From: Spirochaetia bacterium
GTDB taxonomy: Bacteria; Spirochaetota; Spirochaetia; CADAEX01
Assembly: GCA_034003145.1 (NCBI GenBank)
Contig: JAVEZE010000002.1
Coordinates: 1 to 60,570, forward strand
Length of the DNA: 60,570 nucleotides
Direction: 5' to 3'
The notes under the pieces are model-generated. The model did no database searches. It saw nothing but the letters and a program-made list of their open reading frames with translations, and was not told where the DNA came from. Of this stretch, positions 26,125 through 36,007 are shown piece by piece (the first letter of the stretch is position 1; each line of letters opens with the position of its first letter). A program made the position numbers and the translations under genes.

Positions 26125-26859
26125 TCAGATGAGGTTCGGCATTGTTTCAAGTCCCTGGATAATGTAGAGAGGGATTGTATCAATTTCCACCTCTATCTCA
26201 AGTATTGTCCTGTCAAGTTTTTTATAATACTCAACAAGCGGTTTTGTCTGTTTTTTATAAATTTCCAGTTTTCTCTCTATTTCAACTTCTGAATCATCTG
26301 TCCTTCCTCTCCTGTCGCCGCCTGAGTTTAACTTTATCCTCTCTTTTATTATATCAGGATGTCCGTCAAGCATAATCACAAGCCTTACATCCACTATTTT
26401 GCTTAACTCTTTTGCTTGACCGGTATGACGGGGAAGGCCGTTCAGTATTATGACATCTTCGGGTGCGTCAGCTGATGTATCTGTTCCAGGGATCTTCTCC
26501 CTGATAAAAGAGGTGAGAAGTTTTTCCGCGATAGAAAAATCCTCATCCTTTAAAAGTGTATTGTTTTCAAGTACATTGTTTATGGTTTCAAGCTCTTTTC
26601 CTGTTAGCAGCACCTGGCTGCCGCCTTCCGTCCCGGCTGATTTCCCTGAAGTGGAAAGAGAAGCAGGGGAAGCGGGAATAGAGTGATCGCCGGATGAAGT
26701 TTTTCCCGGCAGGGAAGATACTCTTCTCAGCTCTTCTCCGAAGTCAAAGTGGTGGTATGATTTCCACCAGAGGCCTCTGGTTTCAAGCTGCTGCCCCAGC
26801 GGCGTTTTCCCTGTTCCAGTCGGCCCCAAAAGGAGGATAGCCTTATAAATCTTGTCCAT
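26125..26859 (-). CDS. Adenylate-kinase-like P-loop nucleotide kinase with a Ser/Pro/Thr-rich insertion
   Basis: P-loop [14 protein letters not shown]-like GGDRRGRTDD, and Adk-like IYKKQTKPLVEYYKK. A low-complexity insert of about 45 aa follows the P-loop region. Confidence 0.55.
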   Translation of the reverse strand: MDKIYKAILLLGPTGTGKTPLGQQLETRGLWWKSYHHFDFGEELRRVSSLPGKTSSGDHSIPASPASLSTSGKSAGTEGGSQVLLTGKELETINNVLENNTLLKDEDFSIAEKLLTSFIREKIPGTDTSADAPEDVIILNGLPRHTGQAKELSKIVDVRLVIMLDGHPDIIKERIKLNSGGDRRGRTDDSEVEIERKLEIYKKQTKPLVEYYKKLDRTILEIEVEIDTIPLYIIQGLETMPNLI

Positions 26860-26870
26860 TGTAGTTCCTC

Positions 26871-27659
26871 TTATAAAAGGTAAATATCTGTTCTCCTGTC
26901 CTTAAACACGGAGCAAAGCGGTGTTGCTGATTTATCATCTGCGAGGGCCGGGTTTATATCTACAGCGAAAAACCCTTCTTCAAAATCTCCTGCCTGAACC
27001 ATTATTCTCCCGTCAGGATCAGTTATCTGGCTGCAGCCGGAGAATGAGAGGCTTTTCTCCCCATTTACCTCTGTACCGAATCTGTTTGCAAGGATCCAGA
27101 ATATTTTGTTTTCCATGCTCCTGGAGCGCGTTGTAACCTGGGCCTTGCCTGTAAGGACAAGGCATGAGGGGTGGCATATCACCTGCGCTCCCTGGAGCGC
27201 CAGGGTACGGGCAGCTTCCGGAAAAAAATGGTCAAAACATACCAGAAGGCCTATTTTTACCCCGTTTACCGTGAAAACTGGAAACCCCAGATCGCCGGGT
27301 GTAAAAAAAAGTTTTTCCTCGTGAAAAAGATGATTTTTCCTGTATGTTTTTATCTCTCCTGCCGGAGTAAACATAAGAGCGCTGTTATAAACCGCGGTGC
27401 CTGATTTTTCTGCAAATCCGGTAACAATTGTCATGTTTTTTTTAATTGCAAGCTCTGCAAGTATTTCTGTTGATCTTCCAGGAACAGTCTCGGATAGGTT
27501 AAGTACTTCCTGTTTATCATTAAAAACATAACCGGTAAGTGCAAGCTCCGGTAAAACAGCAAGATCTGTATCGCTTTTTGAAAGAGTATCTGTAATTTTT
27601 TTAAGATTTTGCTCCGGTTTTCCGAAAATAGGGGCAAACTGATAGAATCCTGCTCTCAT
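26871..27659 (-). CDS. Carbon-nitrogen hydrolase (nitrilase superfamily) protein
   Basis: Glu-Lys-Cys triad contexts: LAVLPELALTGY, YRKNHLF and LLVCFDHFFPE. Confidence 0.8.
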   Translation of the reverse strand: MRAGFYQFAPIFGKPEQNLKKITDTLSKSDTDLAVLPELALTGYVFNDKQEVLNLSETVPGRSTEILAELAIKKNMTIVTGFAEKSGTAVYNSALMFTPAGEIKTYRKNHLFHEEKLFFTPGDLGFPVFTVNGVKIGLLVCFDHFFPEAARTLALQGAQVICHPSCLVLTGKAQVTTRSRSMENKIFWILANRFGTEVNGEKSLSFSGCSQITDPDGRIMVQAGDFEEGFFAVDINPALADDKSATPLCSVFKDRRTDIYLL

Positions 27660-27828
27660 GTCTGGCTCCTTGATAGATTTTGATAGATACTATAGATAGA
27701 TGATAGCTTAAAAGTCAATTGTCTGCCATATTTGACGGAAAAACAGCATCCAAAAAATTGCATATTTTTTCAGTTTTTTATATTATTAATAGTATACTTG
27801 ATAGGTATTCTATTTTCCCGGAGGATTA

Positions 27829-28932
27829 TTGATGAGGAAAATAATTATAATCAGCTTTATTCTGTTGTTTGTCGCAGGCGGGTTGTTTGCGGTGGAAGTG
27901 ACTGCGACTGCTCCTACAATTTCTGGTTTTGGTGGGTATGATTTTTCTTTTGTACAGGATGAATTGGACGCTAACTTAATACCTCTTGCTGTAGATGCTG
28001 TAGATCAGTTTGATAAAATGAATGATCTTGCAAGAGGTTTCTCAAACGCAAACTCATACGCAGCAGATGCCGCGACTACAAGAGGGCTGATGGGATACAA
28101 ATTCCTCTCCATCGCTGTCGGTACAATGGCAGGAGTGCAGATGCCGAGCAACAGCGTGGATGCTTTAAATGATACTGTCGCAAACATAGAAAATGAAGGC
28201 GATATATATTTCGGCGCAGGTTTCCAGGCCTTAACTGTAAGTGTAGGCATTAATGCAGGATTTCTCATGGACGGGCTTTACCTTACAGGAAAGATAGGAA
28301 AATTTTCTACAGAGACTGATGAAATAAACTATGACTCATTTGTGTTCGGACTTCTTGCCAATTACCAGCTGGTAGACCCTTTTTCACTTGGAATAATCAA
28401 ATGGAGAGGTCTGCAGGTGGGAAGCGGTATAATATATTACAAGACTGTTGCTGAAATGACGCTTGAAGTTGAGCCGGTTTCAGAAGCTGTTGATCCAGAT
28501 GCTGGAGGCCCTCAGCCCTCTATAAATTTATATCTTGATCCTACAATTGTCGCAGAGATAACTTCTTCCGGATTCAAGATACCGGTAGACCTTATAACAG
28601 GGATAAGGCTGTTCTGGATAGCAAACCTCTCATTCGGCCTCGGCTTTGACATGAACTTTGCAGGAAATTCTGAAATAGCGCTTAAAGCTGACGGAACAAC
28701 ATATTTTGATGAGGCAGATATTGCAGCTATTCCAGGCGCAACTCAAACACCCGGTTCTGTAAAAGTTAAAGGCGGCACCAAAGGGGACGGGGCAGATTTC
28801 TTCCGCTTAAGAGCTATGGCAGGGATAGGCTTCGGACTCGGCCCGCTAAAGTTAGATATACCGTTTACTTATTACTTTGACGGAACAGGGCTTGGAACAA
28901 ATATAGGCATCACAGGGGCGTTGACCCTTTAA
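27829..28932 (+). CDS. Secreted beta-barrel-like hypothetical protein (tandem paralog 1)
   Basis: Signal peptide MRKIIIISFILLFVAGGLFA/VEV, alternating hydrophobic beta-strand pattern, and C-terminus GITGALTL. Confidence 0.65.
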   Translation: MMRKIIIISFILLFVAGGLFAVEVTATAPTISGFGGYDFSFVQDELDANLIPLAVDAVDQFDKMNDLARGFSNANSYAADAATTRGLMGYKFLSIAVGTMAGVQMPSNSVDALNDTVANIENEGDIYFGAGFQALTVSVGINAGFLMDGLYLTGKIGKFSTETDEINYDSFVFGLLANYQLVDPFSLGIIKWRGLQVGSGIIYYKTVAEMTLEVEPVSEAVDPDAGGPQPSINLYLDPTIVAEITSSGFKIPVDLITGIRLFWIANLSFGLGFDMNFAGNSEIALKADGTTYFDEADIAAIPGATQTPGSVKVKGGTKGDGADFFRLRAMAGIGFGLGPLKLDIPFTYYFDGTGLGTNIGITGALTL

Positions 28933-28974
28933 TATCTATTATATGGAAAAAGTTTTACATTATAAAAAGGCATC

Positions 28975-29010
28975 AGGGTATTATCCATTGCGGGTAATAC
29001 CCTTTTTCTT
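28975..29010 (+). terminator. Rho-independent terminator between the two paralogs
   Basis: AGGGTATTA-(11-nt loop)-TAATACCCT followed by TTTTTCTTT. Confidence 0.65.
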
Positions 29011-29049
29011 TGTATATCCCGGAGTTATTTCATTCCTGCAGGAAAAACA

Positions 29050-30171
29050 ATGAGAAAAATAATTATTCTTGCTTTTATTCTGATGCTTATTGCAGGCAGC
29101 CTCCCTGCGGTTGAGGTAACTGCTGAATTCCCGGGCATTATGTATAATGGGACTCTTCTGCCGAAACCTTCATTCGGAGATCCGCGCGATGCTGCTCTGC
29201 AGGAAGCAATTAGCGGTACAGAAGAGGCGCTTCGAAAATTTGATAGTATGAATAATCTTGCCAGGGGCTTTTCTAACGCAAACTCATATGCCTCAGATGC
29301 TGCTACAACAAGAGGGCTTATGGGATACAAATTCCTCACAATAGCAGTCGGTACCATGGCTTCCCTCCAGATGCCGGGCAGATTCGTAAATACTTTTAAC
29401 GATAGTCTTTCATCCATAGCTAAAGAGGGAGATCTTTATTTCGGCGCAGGTTTCCATGCTCTTACTTTAAGTGTAGGAGTTAACGCCGGTTTTCTTGCTG
29501 ACGGACTTTACCTTACCGGAAAGATAGGAAAATTCTCCTCTGACATAGAAGATCTAAAGTATGATTCCTTTGTTTTTGGTTTGCTTGCCAGCTATCAGCT
29601 TGTTGACCCTTTTTCAATCGGGATTCTAAAATGGAGAGGGCTGCAGGCAGGAAGCGGAATTGTATATTATGAATCAGTTTCCATAACAACCTTTGAAGTT
29701 GAGTCTGTTTCTGCCCCTGTTGAATTTGACCCTGATGGGGCAGGGCCGTCAGGTCTTATTGAGACAACCCTTTACCTTGACCCTACAGTTACAGCAAAAA
29801 TAAAATCTTCCGGATTCAAGATCCCTTTTGAACTGATAACAGGGATAAGGGTTTTCTGGATAGCAAACCTATCGTTCGGCCTTGGCGTTGATATGAACTT
29901 TGCAGGGAAATCTGAAATCGCGCTTAAAGCAGACGGTGAAACCTCTTTGGGTGAGGAGCTCTCCGCAATTGAAGGGGTAACTGTTACCCCCGGCAATATT
30001 AATGTCAAAAGCAGCACTAAAAGCAACGGAGCAGATTTCCTCCGCTTCAGGGCAATGGCTGGCATAGGTTTTGGGCTGGGCCCTTTAAAGATCGATATAC
30101 CGGTTTCATATTACTTTGACGGGAGCGGGTTTGGGACAAACCTCGGTATAACAGGGGCGCTAACCCTTTAA
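29050..30171 (+). CDS. Secreted beta-barrel-like hypothetical protein (tandem paralog 2)
   Basis: Collinear with 27829-28932 (LARGFSNANSYA.DAATTRGLMGYKF, LYLTGKIGKFS, WIANLSFGLG, GITGALTL), with its own signal peptide. Confidence 0.65.
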   Translation: MRKIIILAFILMLIAGSLPAVEVTAEFPGIMYNGTLLPKPSFGDPRDAALQEAISGTEEALRKFDSMNNLARGFSNANSYASDAATTRGLMGYKFLTIAVGTMASLQMPGRFVNTFNDSLSSIAKEGDLYFGAGFHALTLSVGVNAGFLADGLYLTGKIGKFSSDIEDLKYDSFVFGLLASYQLVDPFSIGILKWRGLQAGSGIVYYESVSITTFEVESVSAPVEFDPDGAGPSGLIETTLYLDPTVTAKIKSSGFKIPFELITGIRVFWIANLSFGLGVDMNFAGKSEIALKADGETSLGEELSAIEGVTVTPGNINVKSSTKSNGADFLRFRAMAGIGFGLGPLKIDIPVSYYFDGSGFGTNLGITGALTL

Positions 30172-30229
30172 TTCCTTTATAATGTGATATAATATAATAA
30201 TCACATACCTGTTTTAAGGATGAAAAAAA

Positions 30230-31339
30230 ATGGTTGAGAATAAAATATCATCTGAAAAACTCACCGAGAGGCTCTACCCGAGGGTTGAAGATGAAAGAGG
30301 TTTTTACTTCCGCGATATCACAGCAATAATCCACTCATACCCGTTCAGACGGTTAAAACACAAGACCCAGGTTTTTTTCTCTCCCAAAAACGATCATATA
30401 TGTACCCGTATCGAGCATGTGATGCATGTGGCTACAATATCAGTTACAATCTGCAAAGCGCTGTCGCTTGAAAGCGATCTTGCCTGGGCTATCAGCCTTG
30501 CCCATGATCTTGGCCACACCCCGTTCGGCCATACAGGAGAGCATATAATCTCATCCCTCCTTGCAGAGCGCGGCGGATTCAAGCATGAGGGATACTCTCT
30601 TCGCGTAGTTGACCATCTTATAAATTACGGGAAAGGGCTTAACCTTACCTACGCGGTAAGAGACGGAATTATAAACCACTGCGGCGAGGTTTTTGAGCAG
30701 AGCTATCGCCCAGATTTTACAGTCAAGGATTTATCATCACTTGAAGGCCGGTCTGCATATCCTTCCACCTGGGAAGGGGTTGCGGTAAGGGCTTCTGACA
30801 GGATCGCGTATCTCGGCCGTGATCTTGAGGATGCCCTGCAGCTCAAGATACTTGAAAAAAATCAGATCCCGGCAGTTGTAACAAAGACGCTTGGCTCAAG
30901 CAACAGCGACATGATTGATACCCTTGTAAAGGATGTTATCCGCTATGCAGAAAAAAACGGGGAAATAGGCTTTTCAGATCCTGTTTATGACGCGATGATT
31001 GTGCTGAAAGATTTTAATTATAAAAATATCTACAACAGCAGCGTGCTTGAGGATTTTCACAAATTCATAGAGAGGGTCCTTAAAACGCTCTGGGAATATC
31101 TTTCTTCAATATTTTATAAATACGGATATGAATATGAAAAATATAAAGCTGAAAAAACCATGCTTGCATCCCGTTTCAGCGACTTTCTTTCCAAGATGGA
31201 GGATTTCTATAAAAATATAGAGAAAACAGATAAAAATGTTGTGCTTGATTACATCGCGGGGATGACAGACGCATACGCCCTTGACTGCATATCAGAACTC
31301 TACCTTCCCGGAAAGTTTTTCTATAATTTTTACTCCTGA
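30230..31339 (+). CDS. dGTP triphosphohydrolase-like HD-domain protein
   Basis: RIEHVMHVATIS...LAHDLGHTPFGHTGE and the C-terminal YIAGMTDAYAL are typical of the Dgt family. Confidence 0.8.
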   Translation: MVENKISSEKLTERLYPRVEDERGFYFRDITAIIHSYPFRRLKHKTQVFFSPKNDHICTRIEHVMHVATISVTICKALSLESDLAWAISLAHDLGHTPFGHTGEHIISSLLAERGGFKHEGYSLRVVDHLINYGKGLNLTYAVRDGIINHCGEVFEQSYRPDFTVKDLSSLEGRSAYPSTWEGVAVRASDRIAYLGRDLEDALQLKILEKNQIPAVVTKTLGSSNSDMIDTLVKDVIRYAEKNGEIGFSDPVYDAMIVLKDFNYKNIYNSSVLEDFHKFIERVLKTLWEYLSSIFYKYGYEYEKYKAEKTMLASRFSDFLSKMEDFYKNIEKTDKNVVLDYIAGMTDAYALDCISELYLPGKFFYNFYS

Positions 31340-31435
31340 GAAAGCAGAGACGCCTTAACCTGATTTAATCCTTTTAACAGCAAGTGGTCCGCTCCCAGCC
31401 GATACATTTTCCATACTAAGGAACCGGATGTGCTA

Positions 31436-32512
31436 TCAGGCAGATTTGCTTTTTTTCATCAGAAAATGCGTTACATTCCAGATTTCACCTTTATCATAAC
31501 CGAATACAACAGCGGATGAGAGGAAAAACAGCCTCCATCTGTTCCACCAGCGTATTGCCTCATCCCCGTAAGTGCTTTCAAGTACCGGCATAATCTGGTT
31601 TTTGTTTTTATCCATCAGGCAAAGCCATGCAAGAAGTGTTTTTGCATAGTGGGTGCCGTTTATTTTCCATGTTTTTTCTACTGTCAGATGATCCGGGAAA
31701 CAGGATGGAAGTTCTGCCGAAGGCATCATTCCCCCCGCGAAAAAGTTTCTTGCCATCCAGTCTTTGTCATTATCAGCATCAAAAAAATAAGGTGCTCCTT
31801 CGACTGTAAATACATGCATAAAAAACCTGCCATCCTCTTTAAGCCATCTGCTGATTCTTGCAAACAGTTCGTCCCAGTTTCTCATGTGCTCAAACATTTC
31901 AATGGAGATGATCCTGTCATACTTTTCAGGGTGATCTGATTTATCTGTTTTATCCTGCGCTTCAAAACTGTTCATATCAGCTGTTATTACATTGATATTA
32001 TCCAGTTTCATTTCAGCAGCCTGTCTGTCAATCCATTTCTTTTGTGTCGCGGAATGTGATACAGCAGTAATGTCACACTGCGGAAAGCGCCCTGCCAGGT
32101 AAAGGGAAAGGGAACCCCAGCCGCATCCAAGGTCAAGGATTCTCATTCCGTTTTCAACACCGGCCCGCTCTGCTGTCAGGGCAAGCATATCAGTCTCAGC
32201 CCGGTCAAGGTTTTCCCGTTTTTTGTATGATGCGCTTTCATCATTCCAGAGGCAGCAGCTGTATTTCATGCAGCTTCCAAGCACATGGGTGAAAAAATCA
32301 GTTGGGACTTCGTAATGCTGTTTTTTCGTATCATCAGTTTTCAACGCGACCGGCTGCTTTTTTAGCAATTCAGCAAAATCAGCCAGTTCTTCTCTTTTTT
32401 TATCAGCAGTTTTATTTTTCTCTGGAATTGCCTGCCTCAAATTTATAGCAAGTGCCTGTTTCATGATAAAATCAGGAATTATTCCGCTGTCAATTATACT
32501 GTCATACCACAT
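31436..32512 (-). CDS. cfa: Cyclopropane-fatty-acyl-phospholipid synthase-like SAM methyltransferase
   Basis: KQHYEVPTDFF...YSCCLW, SAM motif ILDLGCGWGSLSLYLA, and IEMFEHM. Confidence 0.8.
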   Translation of the reverse strand: MWYDSIIDSGIIPDFIMKQALAINLRQAIPEKNKTADKKREELADFAELLKKQPVALKTDDTKKQHYEVPTDFFTHVLGSCMKYSCCLWNDESASYKKRENLDRAETDMLALTAERAGVENGMRILDLGCGWGSLSLYLAGRFPQCDITAVSHSATQKKWIDRQAAEMKLDNINVITADMNSFEAQDKTDKSDHPEKYDRIISIEMFEHMRNWDELFARISRWLKEDGRFFMHVFTVEGAPYFFDADNDKDWMARNFFAGGMMPSAELPSCFPDHLTVEKTWKINGTHYAKTLLAWLCLMDKNKNQIMPVLESTYGDEAIRWWNRWRLFFLSSAVVFGYDKGEIWNVTHFLMKKSKSA

Positions 32513-32611
32513 TTTATAAATCTCCCTGTTTTTTTATTTGATAAATATTTCAAAGATTATTAAATTGTTTCTATATATAATAATAAACATAATGAAAAAC
32601 AAGAAGGAATC

Positions 32612-33043
32612 ATGAAAAATAAAAATTTTGCAATACTGGGAATATTATCATTTATCTTAATTGAAATTTCAAGCGCATCCCAGCTTGCAGGTTACGAACC
32701 TTTTTCAGGAAATATTTATCTTGCCGGGACAGACAAAGGTGTGTTGTTATTTCAACATAAAAATTCGCTGGAGACTGACGGCAGCAGAACTGTACTAAGG
32801 CATGTTTATTCACACCCTGACGGGCGCTCTGCGACAACAGAAGAAGTTGTTGTTCTTAAGATGGAAATTGCCAATTTTTTTATCAGGCTTTTTGTAGATC
32901 CTGTTGATCTTGTGTATGATTTGAATACAAAACGTCTTATTGAAATACATGGCAAAAGCCTTCTGCAGAGAGAAGCGGATGGAAAAATTGAAAACCCTGT
33001 TGTAGATATTTATTACAATTACGGAGTCTTAAAAGATGAATAG
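32612..33043 (+). CDS. Hypothetical secreted protein
   Basis: Signal peptide MKNKNFAILGILSFILIEISSA. GAAGGA RBS. No recognisable family. Confidence 0.45.
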   Translation: MKNKNFAILGILSFILIEISSASQLAGYEPFSGNIYLAGTDKGVLLFQHKNSLETDGSRTVLRHVYSHPDGRSATTEEVVVLKMEIANFFIRLFVDPVDLVYDLNTKRLIEIHGKSLLQREADGKIENPVVDIYYNYGVLKDE

Positions 33044-33314
33044 TTTAATTGAGCTGATTAAAGATAATTCCTGGCTGATCCTGTTTGTCGCCTGGGGAAT
33101 GCCGCTTGGGTATTTCCGGAGTAAATTCCGGAAAATAGTGTATAAAACAGACAGCTGGCTGATAAACATAAAACCTTATTTTGTAAAGGAAACAAAAGCC
33201 TTGTTTATCACCCTGTATCCGGACGATCAGGAATATTTAAAGATAAGGAATTTTTACAGGATTTATCTCCTTGTCTACCTTGTGCTGTTCCTCTTCTGGT
33301 ATTTTCTCACTTAA
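33036..33314 (+). CDS. Hypothetical small membrane protein
   Basis: Two predicted TM segments. The start overlaps the upstream stop by 8 nt. Confidence 0.4.
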   Translation: MNSLIELIKDNSWLILFVAWGMPLGYFRSKFRKIVYKTDSWLINIKPYFVKETKALFITLYPDDQEYLKIRNFYRIYLLVYLVLFLFWYFLT

Positions 33315-33478
33315 GAAAATAAATCAGGGCAGAATCCTTTTTTACCGATGCTCTTGAGTATTAAAGTGGTTAATTATAATATCTATGTGCCGGAAATATT
33401 TAGATTGTAAAAAATTTTATTACGATGGAAATTCCTGGATAGTTTTGGTATATCTCATAAGTATTTATCTGATTTTTC

Positions 33479-34330
33479 ATGTGGAGGGGAGTTTTGAAAT
33501 TTGTATCAGGGATTAAATGCTGCAATCAGAAGGAGCGGGGGTACTGGTTTATATTCAGTAAAAATAAAATGCTTTACCAAAAGAACGGGGATACGATAAC
33601 AGTACCGCAGCTTTTATCTCCTGCGGAATTGGGATTAAAAACAACGCCTCCCATATATCTGGGGCAGGCTGACGGGGTAAGCTGCTTTACCGCGGAGCTG
33701 ATTTGCGCAGATAATAATATTGCAGAGTGCTGCACCTCTCCTGAACCTTCTGATTTTAAAAATCTCCGCGAGCTATATCCTTTGCTTGGGGATGAAATAT
33801 TCGCTCTGGCAGGAAGGGCGCTTCAGATTGATAACTGGAGTAACAGCTGGCAGTTCTGCCCCACCTGCGGCTCACCGCTTGAAAACTCTACTGTGGAAAG
33901 GGCAAAAATCTGCACCAGCTGCTCAATCCCGTATTATCCTGTTATATCGCCAGCGATAATTGTCGCGGTTACAAAAGGGGATAAAATCCTTCTTGCAAGA
34001 AATCTCAGAAACAAGGGTTTTAAACGGTTCAGTATCCTTGCGGGGTTTGTAGAGCCTGGTGAGTCACTTGAAGAAACAGTAGCGCGGGAAGTGGAGGAAG
34101 AGGTAAGCATAAAAGTAAAGAATATTAAATACTTTGGAAGCCAGAGCTGGCCCTTTCCCCATTCCCTTATGCTCGGTTTTACTGCGGAACACGAATCAGG
34201 CGAGATAAAAGTTGACGGAGTCGAAATAGGGGAGGCTGCCTGGTTCAGCGCAGATAATCTTCCTGAAATACCTCCCTATGGAAGCATCAGCAGGGTGCTT
34301 ATTGATGATTTTGTGAAAAATAATTCCTGA
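33479..34330 (+). CDS. nudC: NADH pyrophosphatase NudC (Nudix)
   Basis: Zinc ribbon CPTCGS...CTSC, Nudix box GFVEPGESLEETVAREVEEEVSI, and the NudC signature SQSWPFPHSLM. Confidence 0.85.
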   Translation: MWRGVLKFVSGIKCCNQKERGYWFIFSKNKMLYQKNGDTITVPQLLSPAELGLKTTPPIYLGQADGVSCFTAELICADNNIAECCTSPEPSDFKNLRELYPLLGDEIFALAGRALQIDNWSNSWQFCPTCGSPLENSTVERAKICTSCSIPYYPVISPAIIVAVTKGDKILLARNLRNKGFKRFSILAGFVEPGESLEETVAREVEEEVSIKVKNIKYFGSQSWPFPHSLMLGFTAEHESGEIKVDGVEIGEAAWFSADNLPEIPPYGSISRVLIDDFVKNNS

Positions 34331-34439
34331 CCTCCGGTACTGAAGCGGCAGAGCAGCGGCAGGGCAATAGCGGAATGACAGCGAAGCTGCCACGTTGCGG
34401 CTTTGGGGCATTATAAGCGTAAGGGAGGAGGGTTTAGCT

Positions 34440-35780
34440 GTGAAAGAAGATGATATTACTGATAATGGCATGAAATATCTTTTTTACCCCTGGAAAAAGC
34501 AGAAATCCGCTTCCCCTCCTGTGATTGAAAGGGCTGAAGGGAGCTGTTTCTGGGACACTGCAGGGAAAAAATATTTTGACATGTCTTCCCAGCTTGTCAA
34601 CATGAACCTTGGCCACGGAAACAGGGAGATAATAGATGCGATAAAAACCCAGGCAGAAAAGCTCCCCTTTATGGCACCCCAATATCCCCTTGATGTAAGG
34701 TCTAATCTTGCAAAAATAATAATAGACGAGATAGCACCTGATAACATGGGTAAGGTTTTTTTCACACTTGGCGGCAGCGACGCAAATGAGCATGCCTTAA
34801 GAATCGCAAGAGCCTATACCGGCAGGCACAAGGTATTAAGCAGGTACAGATCCTACCACGGCGCGACAGCAGGCTCTGCCAATTTAAGCGGAGAGCCCAG
34901 AAGGTTCCCGTCTGAACCCGGTATGTCAGGGTTTATAAAATTCTTTGACCCGTATCTTTACCGTGAAACTATTGATTTTCCTTGTGATAAAGATGCATCA
35001 GCGTACTACCTTTCAAAGCTTGAAGAGCAGATCCTCTATGAGGGGCCTGATCAGATCGCGGCAATTTTTATTGAAACAATTACAGGCACTAACGGTGTAA
35101 TAATCCCCCCTGAAGGATATCTTGAGAGACTTCGCGAAATCTGCACAAAATACAGTATTCTTCTCGTCTGCGACGAGGTAATGACAGGGTGGGGAAGGAC
35201 AGGTGAGTGGTTTGCCTTCATGCACTGGAAGATAAAGCCGGACATCATCACCTTTGCTAAAGGTATCACCTGCGGTTACGTCCCTCTCGGCGGCGTTATT
35301 GTAAGCAGGGAAATAAGCTCCCATTTTGATGACAATGATTTTGTAAGCGGGCTTACCTACAGTGCCCATCCCCTCGGCTGCGCTGCCGGAATTGCGGCAA
35401 TAGGAGCCTACAGAAAGTACAATATATTTGAAAATGTAAGAAAAATGGAAAAAGTTATGATCCGGGAACTTTTACTTCTTAAACAGAAGCACAAATGCCT
35501 CGGTGATGTGAGGGTAAAAGGGCTTTTCGGCATGATTGAGCTTGTAAAGGATAAAAAAACAAAAGAGCCGCTTGTCCCTTATAACGCTGATCCGCAGAGT
35601 GACCCCCATGGTGTAATGGGAAAAATAACTGCTCGGCTGTTTTCTGAGGGCTTTGCGACATACAGCCACGAGAACATGATAATAGTCTCCCCCCCTCTTA
35701 TCATAACTGAGGAAGAACTTGCAGAGGCATGCGGGATTCTGGATAGAGTGCTGCTGTGGGTTGACAATACATTTGTCTAA
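34440..35780 (+). CDS. Class-III pyridoxal-phosphate aminotransferase (second copy in the window)
   Basis: LLVCDEVMTGWGRTGEWF and IITFAKGITCGY (PLP lysine). GTG 34440 has GGGAGGAGG 8 nt upstream (the track ORF starts at 34395). Confidence 0.8.
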   Translation: MKEDDITDNGMKYLFYPWKKQKSASPPVIERAEGSCFWDTAGKKYFDMSSQLVNMNLGHGNREIIDAIKTQAEKLPFMAPQYPLDVRSNLAKIIIDEIAPDNMGKVFFTLGGSDANEHALRIARAYTGRHKVLSRYRSYHGATAGSANLSGEPRRFPSEPGMSGFIKFFDPYLYRETIDFPCDKDASAYYLSKLEEQILYEGPDQIAAIFIETITGTNGVIIPPEGYLERLREICTKYSILLVCDEVMTGWGRTGEWFAFMHWKIKPDIITFAKGITCGYVPLGGVIVSREISSHFDDNDFVSGLTYSAHPLGCAAGIAAIGAYRKYNIFENVRKMEKVMIRELLLLKQKHKCLGDVRVKGLFGMIELVKDKKTKEPLVPYNADPQSDPHGVMGKITARLFSEGFATYSHENMIIVSPPLIITEEELAEACGILDRVLLWVDNTFV

Positions 35781-36007
35781 AGGTATATCTGGTCTTTGTA
35801 AAGTATAAAAGTATACAATTTAGAGCTGAAACACTATTATGCATATCCAGGGGTTATCCAATTTATGATAAAAAATATTACCAATTATACATTTTGTGAT
35901 TTTAATGATTATTGTATTTGTGTATAATTGTTTTATATATACCGCAAAATATCAGGTATTTAAAAAAACTGAAAAAATAGAATGGTAAACCCTAACAGGA
36001 GGTCCAT

